Assembly (NCBI RefSeq): GCF_000223395.1
Contig: NC_015931.1
Span: forward strand, 1,170,001-1,202,000
Reading direction: 5' to 3'
Source of the DNA: Pyrolobus fumarii 1A
GTDB lineage: Archaea > Thermoproteota > Thermoprotei_A > Sulfolobales > Pyrodictiaceae
DNA length: 32,000 nucleotides
This document shows positions 23,772 through 31,497 of the stretch, piece by piece. Position 1 is the stretch's first letter. Each line of letters starts with the position of its first letter. Made by a program: the position numbers and the translations under genes. Below the pieces are notes generated by a model. The model had not been told where the DNA came from. It did not search any database and saw nothing but the letters and a program-made list of their open reading frames with translations.

Positions 23772-24614
23772 GTGCCCCGCAGGCTACTCGAGGAATGGCT
23801 CTTCGAGGATGTCGGTAGAGGTGACCTTACTAGCACTGTTCTCGGCTTGAGGAGTGTTAAGGGCGTAGCTGAACTCTATGTGAGAGAGTCGTGCATAGTC
23901 GCGTGTAGCGAGGAGGCTGGGGAGGTATACAGGATAGCTGGTGCCGAAAACGTAGAGGTTCTCGTGGAGAGCGGTTCAATGGTTGAACCAGGTACTGTCG
24001 TTCTTCGAGCCGAGGGCCGTGGCGACGCGCTTCACGCAGCGTGGAGGGTAGCGCAGGTCATTGTTGCACTGTGTAGCGGTGTTGCGACGAAAACCTGGAG
24101 GATGGTTCGCAAGGCACGCGAGGCTAACCCGAAAATAGCGATAGTCACCACGAGGAAGGCACCGCCAGGGCTTCGCCCACTCTACTTCAAGGCTGTAATT
24201 GCAGGCGGAGGCATGCCGCACCGCGCGGGTCTCGACGATACAGTACTTCTCTTTGATAATCATTGGGTCTTGTTGCGTGGAGGATTTAGCGAGGCTCTCG
24301 AGCGGCTCCGAGCTTCGAATGTTGGAGCACTTAGAAGCTGGGGTGTTGAGGTTAGGAGTGTGGAGGAGGCGTTAGAGGCTATCGCGGCGGGTGCACAATT
24401 CATACAGTTTGAGAAGGTGAAGCCTGACCTTCTACGCCAGTTTGTTAGGGTGGTACGCGAGAAAGCACCGCATGTGAAGATAGGCGTTGCGGGTGGTATT
24501 GACGATCATAATGTCGCGGAGTACGCGGCTACCGGTGTGGACTTCATAGTGACGAGTGCACCTTACCATGCCAGCCCCGTTGACGTTGGCACCAGGATGA
24601 AGCGATTGGAGTAA
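23772..24614 (+). CDS. nadC: Nicotinate-nucleotide pyrophosphorylase (quinolinate phosphoribosyltransferase)
   Basis: EDVGRGDLTS, TRKAPPGLR and HRAGLDDTVLLFDNHW motifs. 280 aa, GTG start. Confidence 0.9.
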   Translation: MPRRLLEEWLFEDVGRGDLTSTVLGLRSVKGVAELYVRESCIVACSEEAGEVYRIAGAENVEVLVESGSMVEPGTVVLRAEGRGDALHAAWRVAQVIVALCSGVATKTWRMVRKAREANPKIAIVTTRKAPPGLRPLYFKAVIAGGGMPHRAGLDDTVLLFDNHWVLLRGGFSEALERLRASNVGALRSWGVEVRSVEEALEAIAAGAQFIQFEKVKPDLLRQFVRVVREKAPHVKIGVAGGIDDHNVAEYAATGVDFIVTSAPYHASPVDVGTRMKRLE

Positions 24615-24887
24615 GCGACTTTCATCTCCGCGTTTCATATGGGAACTTGAAAGTGTGCCGGCTTCCAGAGAAACGCGTCTCTTTCCTTTACTCGTTCCAG
24701 TTTGGCATGTTAACGTTCAGGAGCTGGTGTTTGTGGTGTGGCTCAGTGCTTTGGCCCATCCTCACCGGTATCGGTACCCCCCGCATGCTTATGGCTGCGG
24801 GGTTCTACATCATCGCCTGGTTTTCACGTGACGCTGAGGACTGGGTTTATTCCTAGCGTTCTGTCGTTGCTGGTCGTGGGTGTTAGA

Positions 24888-25547
24888 GTGCCGAGGGTGA
24901 AGAAGCGCCAGAGGAGCGAAGATGAGGGCAAGAAGGTGAAGTTCCTTGGACGCCATTTGATGCTCAAGGGCGAGTACGTCGACGATATACTGTCGGGGAG
25001 GAAGAAGGCTACGATACGACTGGGCATTGTTAAGCTGAAACACTCGGAGCTTATAGTCCATGGTGGAGGTAGGCCTGTTGCAAAGATACGCGTGACAAAC
25101 GTCCGTTACAAGAAGGTCTCGGAGCTGACCGATGAGGATGCAGCCATAGACGGGTTTAGTAGTAGAGAGGAGCTCCTAGAGGCGCTTAGGAAGGCTTATG
25201 GGGAGGTGAAGCCCGACGACTATGTCACCATAATAGAGTTTGAGGTTATCCAGAGGCTAGACCAGCTTCCAGTCCAAGACCCCTACATGGGTCTTGAGCC
25301 AGCCGATATAGCTAGGCTGGCTCTGCGTTACCTCCAAGAGGAGTTCAACGAGGAGGATCGCAGAATACTCATGGAGCTAACACGTACCAATAGCATACGG
25401 GCCGTAGCGTATAGGCTCTACAAGGATCTGGGCAAACGGTGGCGGGTGAGAAGAGTACTACGCCGTGCATTGAGACTCCTAGTGGAGCGCGGATACCTGA
25501 GGGTTAAGAGCGCCCCAACGTTGGGTGAGAACGCGGGAGGTGAGTAG
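24888..25547 (+). CDS. ASCH (PUA-like) domain protein with a basic helical (wHTH-like) C-terminal extension
   Basis: LMLKGEYVDDILSGRKKATIRLG and YVTIIEFEV parallel the ASCH pattern seen in E. coli YqfB (FQDDILAGRKTITIR ... YVIEF). The probable start is GTG 24888 or 24897; the track ORF from 24738 looks over-extended. Confidence 0.75.
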   Translation: MPRVKKRQRSEDEGKKVKFLGRHLMLKGEYVDDILSGRKKATIRLGIVKLKHSELIVHGGGRPVAKIRVTNVRYKKVSELTDEDAAIDGFSSREELLEALRKAYGEVKPDDYVTIIEFEVIQRLDQLPVQDPYMGLEPADIARLALRYLQEEFNEEDRRILMELTRTNSIRAVAYRLYKDLGKRWRVRRVLRRALRLLVERGYLRVKSAPTLGENAGGE

Positions 25548-25553
25548 GTAAAA

Positions 25554-25766
25554 GTGACTAAATGGGTATTGAGGTGTACGAGGTGCGGGAGGACCTGGAT
25601 ACTTGAAGTCAGCTTCGACCTTGCCTCTATGGGCAAGTTGTACCACTTCTGTCCACACTGTAGGCGTAACGCGTTCCACGAGGTACTTCAAAGGATAGAA
25701 GACGATATCGATATACCCATAGATGGTAAGCATCAGCAAGGAGAATACTCTTCATCCACCAGTTAA
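25554..25766 (+). CDS. Small zinc-ribbon protein
   Basis: 70 aa with CTRCG ... CPHC (two CxxC pairs 32 residues apart). The GTG start is 7 nt after the ASCH stop. Confidence 0.5.
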   Translation: MTKWVLRCTRCGRTWILEVSFDLASMGKLYHFCPHCRRNAFHEVLQRIEDDIDIPIDGKHQQGEYSSSTS

Positions 25767-25769
25767 AGG
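25762..25769 (+). promoter_or_regulatory. TATA-like box GTTAAAGG, ~34 nt upstream of the C box of the sRNA candidate at 25797
   Basis: It shares the TTAAAGG heptamer and its spacing with the element at 23649-23656. Confidence 0.35.
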
Positions 25770-25796
25770 CGTCCGTAGACCGTCGTTTCATCACCC

Positions 25797-25844
25797 GTGA
25801 TGAGACGGGGTACCTGAGAGGGTGATGAAACCTGTCTCAGCTGA
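25797..25844 (+). ncRNA. C/D box sRNA candidate
   Basis: The layout is: C GTGATGA (25797-25803), 10-nt spacer gacggggtac, D' CTGA (25814-25817), spacer gagg, C' GTGATGA (25822-25828), 12-nt guide aacctgtctcag, D CTGA (25841-25844). All four boxes match consensus and have canonical spacing. The 3' end overlaps the deoC stop on the other strand. Confidence 0.6.
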
Positions 25845-26547
25845 GGAGCTTCTTAGCCTCTTGTAGATCCCGGATTAGCTTTGAAGGATTGCTCGTGCCT
25901 ATCACGTCCGCTCCTAGAGCTACAAGTAGGGATGCGTAAAACCCGTCTTTTATGCCGCCAGACGCTTTAATCATCATGCCTCGCGGCTTGACTATCTTGG
26001 CTGCAAGAGCGACTTCCAGCGGCTCGACACCCCTAGAGAACCACCCTGTGTTCATCTTGACATAGTCTGGTCTATCCTCCTTATCCAGAGCCGCTATTGC
26101 CTCCAGTATCTCCTGGAGTGTTGATAAGTCTAGAAGCGAGGACTCGATTATCGCCTTGCTCTTCACTCCTACCTCTCTAGCTATCCTTGAGAGAGCGCGC
26201 ACCTCGTTTATAACATAGTCTCTGTTGCCTTTCATCCACTGCCACACATTAACCACGAACTCAACCTCACCAGCGCCATGCGCTATTGCCTGCTCAACAG
26301 CCTTTACCTTTGGCTCGATGTGACTCGCCCCGCTCGGGAAGTCTATCACAACGGATATCAATACTCTACGCGATACACCCTCAAGCCATGTCAACATGGT
26401 GTGGAACACTGTTACTGCTCTCAGGCCTAGTTTCTCCGCCTCTTCTACAGCCTCTACGACTCTATGTGGTGTTGGGTCGCGAAGAATAGCATAGTCTATC
26501 CTCTTTGCGAGTTCCTCGGGGGAGAGGAGACGATACTCAAACCTCAC
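25837..26547 (-). CDS. deoC: Deoxyribose-phosphate aldolase family (DeoC/class I aldolase), divergent
   Basis: DYVKMNTGW (Schiff-base Lys region, cf. VKTSTG), MIKASGGIKDG and GADVIGTSN. The position of the usual Asp in E(V/L)D(M/V)V reads EVEFV. The GTG start overlaps the top6A stop (GTGA). Confidence 0.7.
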   Translation of the reverse strand: MRFEYRLLSPEELAKRIDYAILRDPTPHRVVEAVEEAEKLGLRAVTVFHTMLTWLEGVSRRVLISVVIDFPSGASHIEPKVKAVEQAIAHGAGEVEFVVNVWQWMKGNRDYVINEVRALSRIAREVGVKSKAIIESSLLDLSTLQEILEAIAALDKEDRPDYVKMNTGWFSRGVEPLEVALAAKIVKPRGMMIKASGGIKDGFYASLLVALGADVIGTSNPSKLIRDLQEAKKLLS

Positions 26548-27710
26548 TCTATGAAGTCACCAGTTTCTATCTTCTCTGGGATGTACTTAAAGGCTAGGAA
26601 GCGCAGGCCCTTGCCCGCAAGAGCCTCGATCTCTAGCTTAGCCTTCTTGCGCAGGAATATGTCGATCTCCTTCCTCCACTGTGGCGTCTGGAACCACTTG
26701 TAGTTGCGTAGCTCCTCGGCTCTCTTGATGTCAGCGTCTTTAGCCTTGATTATGAAGTTGCGTCTCTCAGTTTCTGTTAGGTACGGCTTTTTCCTCTCGT
26801 CGCCGAAGATGTCGGTCATGCTTACGCCGAGGAACCTGGCCTTTGGTGTTGCTAGGCGCTCGCTCTCGTACGAAAGGGTTATCGAGCCTATCTTGAAGAC
26901 GCTGTAGATGTACCATCCGTAGGGGTCGGCATCGGTTAGTATGTACACTGGTAGGCCTAGCTCCTCGTTGAGTCTCCTGACGAATCTCCTTGTGGCGCGG
27001 TCTGGCTGACCGGCGCTTGTCACGAGTATAGCGCGGTACTTTCTCCAGAAGCCTATGCGGTGTAGCTGCTGGAATACAGCGTCTTTCTCTATTACTAGGA
27101 CGAACTCTGCATCCACGTCCAGGAATTCTATGAGGTCTGGTGTTGGCTCGATAGCCCAGGCGCCGTGACCCATCTTGCTGAGGTCTATCACGTCGTTACC
27201 GCTCCTTATCCTCATGTTGCCTACGACTTTTCCCTTCTCCTTGCTGAGTATCAGCATCTCCTCTCTAAGCATCCCTGTGAATACCTCTATGTCGCGGATT
27301 ACCGCGTCGGACTCCTTCTGCTCGTCCCATGTGTTCTCCTCGATTCTCCTCCCACGGTCATCGACGAAGACTATGGTGTGTTTACCACGGTAGTAGAGAT
27401 CACGGATTGTTGGGTACTCGTCGTTAACGAGTGCCTCGTAGATTATCTTCGCCATCAGCATTGTCTGCATGAACTTCTTTGCCTCGTGTAGGTTGAAGAG
27501 GCTCCTTCTGAGCTTCTCTGGGCCTAGGAGCAGCATCTTCCTCTTCTCGTCGTATATTGTGTTTGATAGTGTACGCTTGGGTAGCACAAGGGTTGGATTC
27601 TCGCCCTTCTGTAGCTGGTCAAGTATCATCTTGAACCTCTCACGGAATACTTGGATTGCTCGCTTCCTTGCCTCTGCATCAACCTTGTCAATTACACGGT
27701 CGATGCTCAT
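26544..27710 (-). CDS. top6A: DNA topoisomerase VI subunit A (Spo11 homologue)
   Basis: TIRDLYYRG (catalytic Tyr, 5Y-CAP), Toprim VIEKDAVF and LTDADPYGWYI. 388 aa. Confidence 0.95.
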   Translation of the reverse strand: MSIDRVIDKVDAEARKRAIQVFRERFKMILDQLQKGENPTLVLPKRTLSNTIYDEKRKMLLLGPEKLRRSLFNLHEAKKFMQTMLMAKIIYEALVNDEYPTIRDLYYRGKHTIVFVDDRGRRIEENTWDEQKESDAVIRDIEVFTGMLREEMLILSKEKGKVVGNMRIRSGNDVIDLSKMGHGAWAIEPTPDLIEFLDVDAEFVLVIEKDAVFQQLHRIGFWRKYRAILVTSAGQPDRATRRFVRRLNEELGLPVYILTDADPYGWYIYSVFKIGSITLSYESERLATPKARFLGVSMTDIFGDERKKPYLTETERRNFIIKAKDADIKRAEELRNYKWFQTPQWRKEIDIFLRKKAKLEIEALAGKGLRFLAFKYIPEKIETGDFIE

Positions 27711-27728
27711 AGTGAGTCAGCCACCCCT

Positions 27729-29309
27729 CTAAGCTTCTATCTTCACCTTCGAAAGGTTTTTAACTTGTTGCTCGAACACTTGTAGCTCCTTGCCTTTCAT
27801 GCGGCGCCGTAGAGTGTCTAGTAGCAGCCTCTGAACCTTATCCGGCGTTACGCCATCCTCTCCTAGTATAGTGGCTATGCTCTGAGCAACTTCGGGGATG
27901 TATCGGAGGAACGTTGATATCTTCTCGCGTAGCTCCTCCTCCCTACGCTTCTCTATCAGGTAATGTCTCAGTTTCCTAGCTGCCTCTTGAAGCGCGAGGT
28001 GTAGCTCCTCCTTTATCTCTTCGCGCTCTGCAACAGCCTCTTTGCTACCAACCTTCCATGGTATCTTTGTGCTACAGATGTGTGTGAGGACTACGAGTGG
28101 TGCTGGGAAGTTCACGCCGTAATGCTTCCAGTTGAACTCCTCGAGGACCTTCCACGCCACATCGGCCTTCTCGTCGTATATGAGCGGGATACGGTTGGCA
28201 TAACGCAGTAGGAGCGGCTGCTCCCTAGGCTCTATCGCGCCACCGTAGGCTATGCCCACCTCGACTATGAAGGGGTGGCCGCCACTATGCATTCTCGGCT
28301 TCCTTGTCACCGCGACGACGAACTCCGGCTTGAGTATCGCTTTCAGGCCGGCTTCTATCAGCTCCGCGCCTATCGGTGCTAGCGCCTCGCTACTTGGTGC
28401 AGGGAACTTGTAGCTGCGTAGCGCCTTGTGGAGCCTCTCTATCTCCTCATCGGTTAGGCTCTGAGGTGGTTTGCTCGGGTCTATGCCTGCCAGTTTCAGC
28501 ACGTTTAGTGCGCTCTTCTCGCCTACGCGTTGGAACGTGGAGATTAGGAACTCCTTGATGGTCCTTGCTGTTGTGCGTTTAAGTAGCATCTGTAGCTCGC
28601 CTTTCTCGAGGCTTGCTGGGTGAGGCTTCACCTCCTTGGGCGGCCTTGGCATCTTCTCCACTATGCGTGGATAGTGGTGTATCGTTCCATCAGGTTCGAT
28701 GAACACTATGTCAGCGTAAGGCGTGACTATTGCGAGCATCTCGAAGTACTTTAGTATCCTGCTTCTCGCGTACGACCAGTTACACCTGATCCTCGCCCTA
28801 ATCCTGGTGCCGTGCCACTTGGTGCTCTTCCTCCACGAGCCCAGAGCGTAGATAGCTGGCTCGTTCGTCGAGAGGTCGATAGAGAACTTGACATAGTAGA
28901 CGCGTTCCGAGTCGAGCGGCGAGCTGTAAGCCTCTATGGGCGATCCCGTGGTGCTGAGCGCATATACAGTCACAGCCTTAGCGCCAAGACCGAACTGGCC
29001 CCTTGACTGTCTGATCTTGAACTTAGACGTGACTAGTGGCTTGCCGAGAGCCTCCGCTATCTTCTGCGGCGGGATACCTATACCATTGTCCTCCACGGTC
29101 ACCGTGCATATACTCTTGTCCTTCTCGTCCTGCTCTATGATTACGGTGACGTTGGGAAGTATACCGTAAAGGTCGGTGGCGTCCAGCGCGTTCTCAACAT
29201 ACTCTCGTATAGTCTGGTAGAGTGCTCTAGCAGGGTTCTCGAAACCCCAGAGCTGCTTCTCCTTGTAGAGGAACTCTGCAACAGTAATCTGTTTAAGCTC
29301 GTGATCCAC
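27729..29309 (-). CDS. top6B: DNA topoisomerase VI subunit B (GHKL ATPase)
   Basis: Bergerat fold boxes EYVENALDA, VEDNGIGI and GQFGLGAK. 526 aa. It ends 18 nt upstream of top6A. Confidence 0.95.
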   Translation of the reverse strand: MDHELKQITVAEFLYKEKQLWGFENPARALYQTIREYVENALDATDLYGILPNVTVIIEQDEKDKSICTVTVEDNGIGIPPQKIAEALGKPLVTSKFKIRQSRGQFGLGAKAVTVYALSTTGSPIEAYSSPLDSERVYYVKFSIDLSTNEPAIYALGSWRKSTKWHGTRIRARIRCNWSYARSRILKYFEMLAIVTPYADIVFIEPDGTIHHYPRIVEKMPRPPKEVKPHPASLEKGELQMLLKRTTARTIKEFLISTFQRVGEKSALNVLKLAGIDPSKPPQSLTDEEIERLHKALRSYKFPAPSSEALAPIGAELIEAGLKAILKPEFVVAVTRKPRMHSGGHPFIVEVGIAYGGAIEPREQPLLLRYANRIPLIYDEKADVAWKVLEEFNWKHYGVNFPAPLVVLTHICSTKIPWKVGSKEAVAEREEIKEELHLALQEAARKLRHYLIEKRREEELREKISTFLRYIPEVAQSIATILGEDGVTPDKVQRLLLDTLRRRMKGKELQVFEQQVKNLSKVKIEA

Positions 29310-29368
29310 GCGTTGACGTGTCCTGGTTGGAGGTAAGTTCCATCACCTCCCCGCGAGTGGCGCGTGAC

Positions 29369-29380
29369 CTTTTTAAAGAG
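29369..29380. promoter_or_regulatory. Near-palindromic A/T box CTTTTTAAAGAG in the divergent top6B / pilin spacer (possible bidirectional TATA)
   Basis: It is one of only two A/T-rich elements in the 154-nt spacer; a second, CTAATTAACCTTA, is at ~29396-29408. It lies ~60 nt from the top6B start. Confidence 0.25.
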
Positions 29381-29463
29381 CCTCCATGCGCCCCCTAATT
29401 AACCTTAGACCATTGCAATCGTCACAAGATAGCTTCTAGTGTCTTCTCCCATGGTGCGGCGGG

Positions 29464-29982
29464 ATGATGGGCTGGCATAGGGGTCTATCCCCCATACTCT
29501 CCACGATGATCCTGCTAAGCGCGGCGCTACTAGCTGGCATCGTGCTATACACGTACTTCTCCTCGACGATAACCGGCATGGTGAACACGCCGAACCCAGT
29601 GATAGAACAGGCTACGTACTACCCGCAGGTTGACATGCTATACGTCAAGGTAAGGAACTATGGTGGCGCACCTGTTCCGCTAAACGAGTCGCGACTTATC
29701 ATAGTCGGCAAGGGCGCCGAGTGCACCTGCGCCATAGTATGTAGCTCTACGAGCACCCCCAGCGGCAGCTATACAATACCGCCATCCGGCACATTGACGC
29801 TCAAAGTCTTTGTCTCTAGCGGCACTGGCACAACAAGCATCCCAGAGTGTAACATCACCTGCACTGGCGACCTAGCCGCCTGCACAACCGCACTACAAAA
29901 TAGCGTCGGGTACGTTGGCCTCGTCTACACCTACGCCGGCACCGAGCAAATGACGCAACTAGCGTCCGTCACACTAGGCTAA
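29464..29982 (+). CDS. Archaeal type IV pilin-like protein with class III signal peptide
   Basis: MMGWHRG/LSPILSTMILLSAALLAGIVLYTYF has a short basic leader, then G, then a hydrophobic helix (DUF361 / archaeal flagellin N-terminal-like). The mature part is Ser/Thr-rich with six Cys in two clusters and NxS/T sequons. Confidence 0.7.
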   Translation: MMGWHRGLSPILSTMILLSAALLAGIVLYTYFSSTITGMVNTPNPVIEQATYYPQVDMLYVKVRNYGGAPVPLNESRLIIVGKGAECTCAIVCSSTSTPSGSYTIPPSGTLTLKVFVSSGTGTTSIPECNITCTGDLAACTTALQNSVGYVGLVYTYAGTEQMTQLASVTLG

Positions 29983-29985
29983 CGG

Positions 29986-31497
29986 GTGGGTATCATGGTT
30001 GCGGGCGCCACCCCCTCCGAGCTCGTTTTTACGAAAAGCGTTCAGTGCAACTACGAGTGCCCAACCATTTACGCCTACACATTGGGCCTCGCGAAGGTAC
30101 GCATAGTATCCTGTGGACACCGACTCTTCTATTGTGTCGACGAGCCGAGCTTGAGCAGAGAAGATGAGAGGCTTGTCAGCGAGATAGCCCGTAGGAGCAT
30201 AGTCGCCGGCCTAGAGGTGATACCAAGCGACCCAGAGTCTCTCCGAAAACTAGCATCGAAGCTTGGAGTGCCGTACCCTATACTCGCAAGGAAGCTACCG
30301 ATACTGAAGTACTATGTCGAGAAGGCTGTGAGCGGATACGGACCCCTCTACCCGCTCATCCGTGACCCGGAGGTGGAGGAGATAGCTATTGATGGACCAG
30401 GGAGAGCCGTAAGCGTGGTACACCGCCGCTTTGAAGTAGGCTGGATGAGCACAAACATAGTACTCAGCGAAGAAGAGCTCGACGTTCTCGTTATGTACCT
30501 GGCTAGGAGGATCGGGAAACCTGTGAGCATAGCACACCCCTATGCTGAAGGCCTGACGCCAGAGGGGCACCGAGTAGCCCTGACCTTCGCCAAGGAGGTT
30601 AGCAGGCTTGGCAGTAGCGTAGTTATCCGCAAGCATTTGGAGAAGCCGCTCTCCGCCATACAACTGATAGAGCAGGGCATCGCGACAGAGTTGCTAATGG
30701 CGTATCTCTGGATGCTAGTGGATCACGGTAAGTCCGTGCTGATAGTCGGGCCCACGGCATCCGGGAAGACAACACTACTGCAGGCCATACTAGGCCTCAT
30801 ACCGAGCTACAAGAGGATAGTGACTATAGAAGATACGCCAGAGTTCAACCTCTTTGACCGACCGCACTGGGATAGCCTTGTAGCACGGCACAGCTACTCT
30901 AAGGACGTGGAAGACGTTACCCTCGAGAAGCTTGCGAAGTTCGCGCTTCGGAGGAGGCCAGATGTCCTGGTTATAGGCGAGATTAGGGGTGTCGAGGCTG
31001 AGGTTTTCCTTCAGGCGGCTGCAACCGGCCACGCTGCTCTAGCAACAATGCATGCCGATAGTGCACGCTCTGCTATCGACCGTCTGAAGGGTATGGGTGT
31101 TCCAGACTACCTGCTAGACGCGCTCGACTCTATTGTCGTTGTTAAAAGGATTCGGAGAGGCGATTCACAGGTACGTAGGGTAGTAGAGGTTGTAGAGTAT
31201 ATCGACGGTTCTCTAGTCAACGTGTTCCAGTGGAACCCGCGTGACGACCTACTAACACCAACGTCGATAGTGGAGGTTGTTAAGCGCTCTAGGGTACTCC
31301 GTAGGATAGCTGATGCTGAGGGTACTGGTGAAGAGGCTCTACGCGAGGAGCTAGAGCGTCTCGTAAGACTCTTGAGGCGGCTACGTGAAGAGGGGGTTTA
31401 TGAGTTTAAGGACGTGTACAGAAGGATAGACGAGATCTTTAACGTCTATGTTGCTGGTGAGTTCATTGCCACTACTCCTGCGCCTACTGGTAAGTGA
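29986..31497 (+). CDS. Type II/IV secretion-family ATPase (FlaI/PilB/VirB11-like) for archaeal type IV pilus assembly
   Basis: Walker A GPTASGKTT, Walker B DVLVIGEIRG, His box ATMHAD. The GTG start is 3 nt after the pilin stop. Confidence 0.9.
   Translation: MGIMVAGATPSELVFTKSVQCNYECPTIYAYTLGLAKVRIVSCGHRLFYCVDEPSLSREDERLVSEIARRSIVAGLEVIPSDPESLRKLASKLGVPYPILARKLPILKYYVEKAVSGYGPLYPLIRDPEVEEIAIDGPGRAVSVVHRRFEVGWMSTNIVLSEEELDVLVMYLARRIGKPVSIAHPYAEGLTPEGHRVALTFAKEVSRLGSSVVIRKHLEKPLSAIQLIEQGIATELLMAYLWMLVDHGKSVLIVGPTASGKTTLLQAILGLIPSYKRIVTIEDTPEFNLFDRPHWDSLVARHSYSKDVEDVTLEKLAKFALRRRPDVLVIGEIRGVEAEVFLQAAATGHAALATMHADSARSAIDRLKGMGVPDYLLDALDSIVVVKRIRRGDSQVRRVVEVVEYIDGSLVNVFQWNPRDDLLTPTSIVEVVKRSRVLRRIADAEGTGEEALREELERLVRLLRRLREEGVYEFKDVYRRIDEIFNVYVAGEFIATTPAPTGK

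Noticed and set aside
24647-24856. A 69-aa TTG-initiated ORF (a possible small membrane protein) and the N-terminal 50 codons of the 24738 ORF in the nadC-ASCH spacer.
   Set aside because: There is no supporting motif, the two frames overlap each other, and ASCH homology starts only near 24888. Treated as non-coding leader pending expression data.
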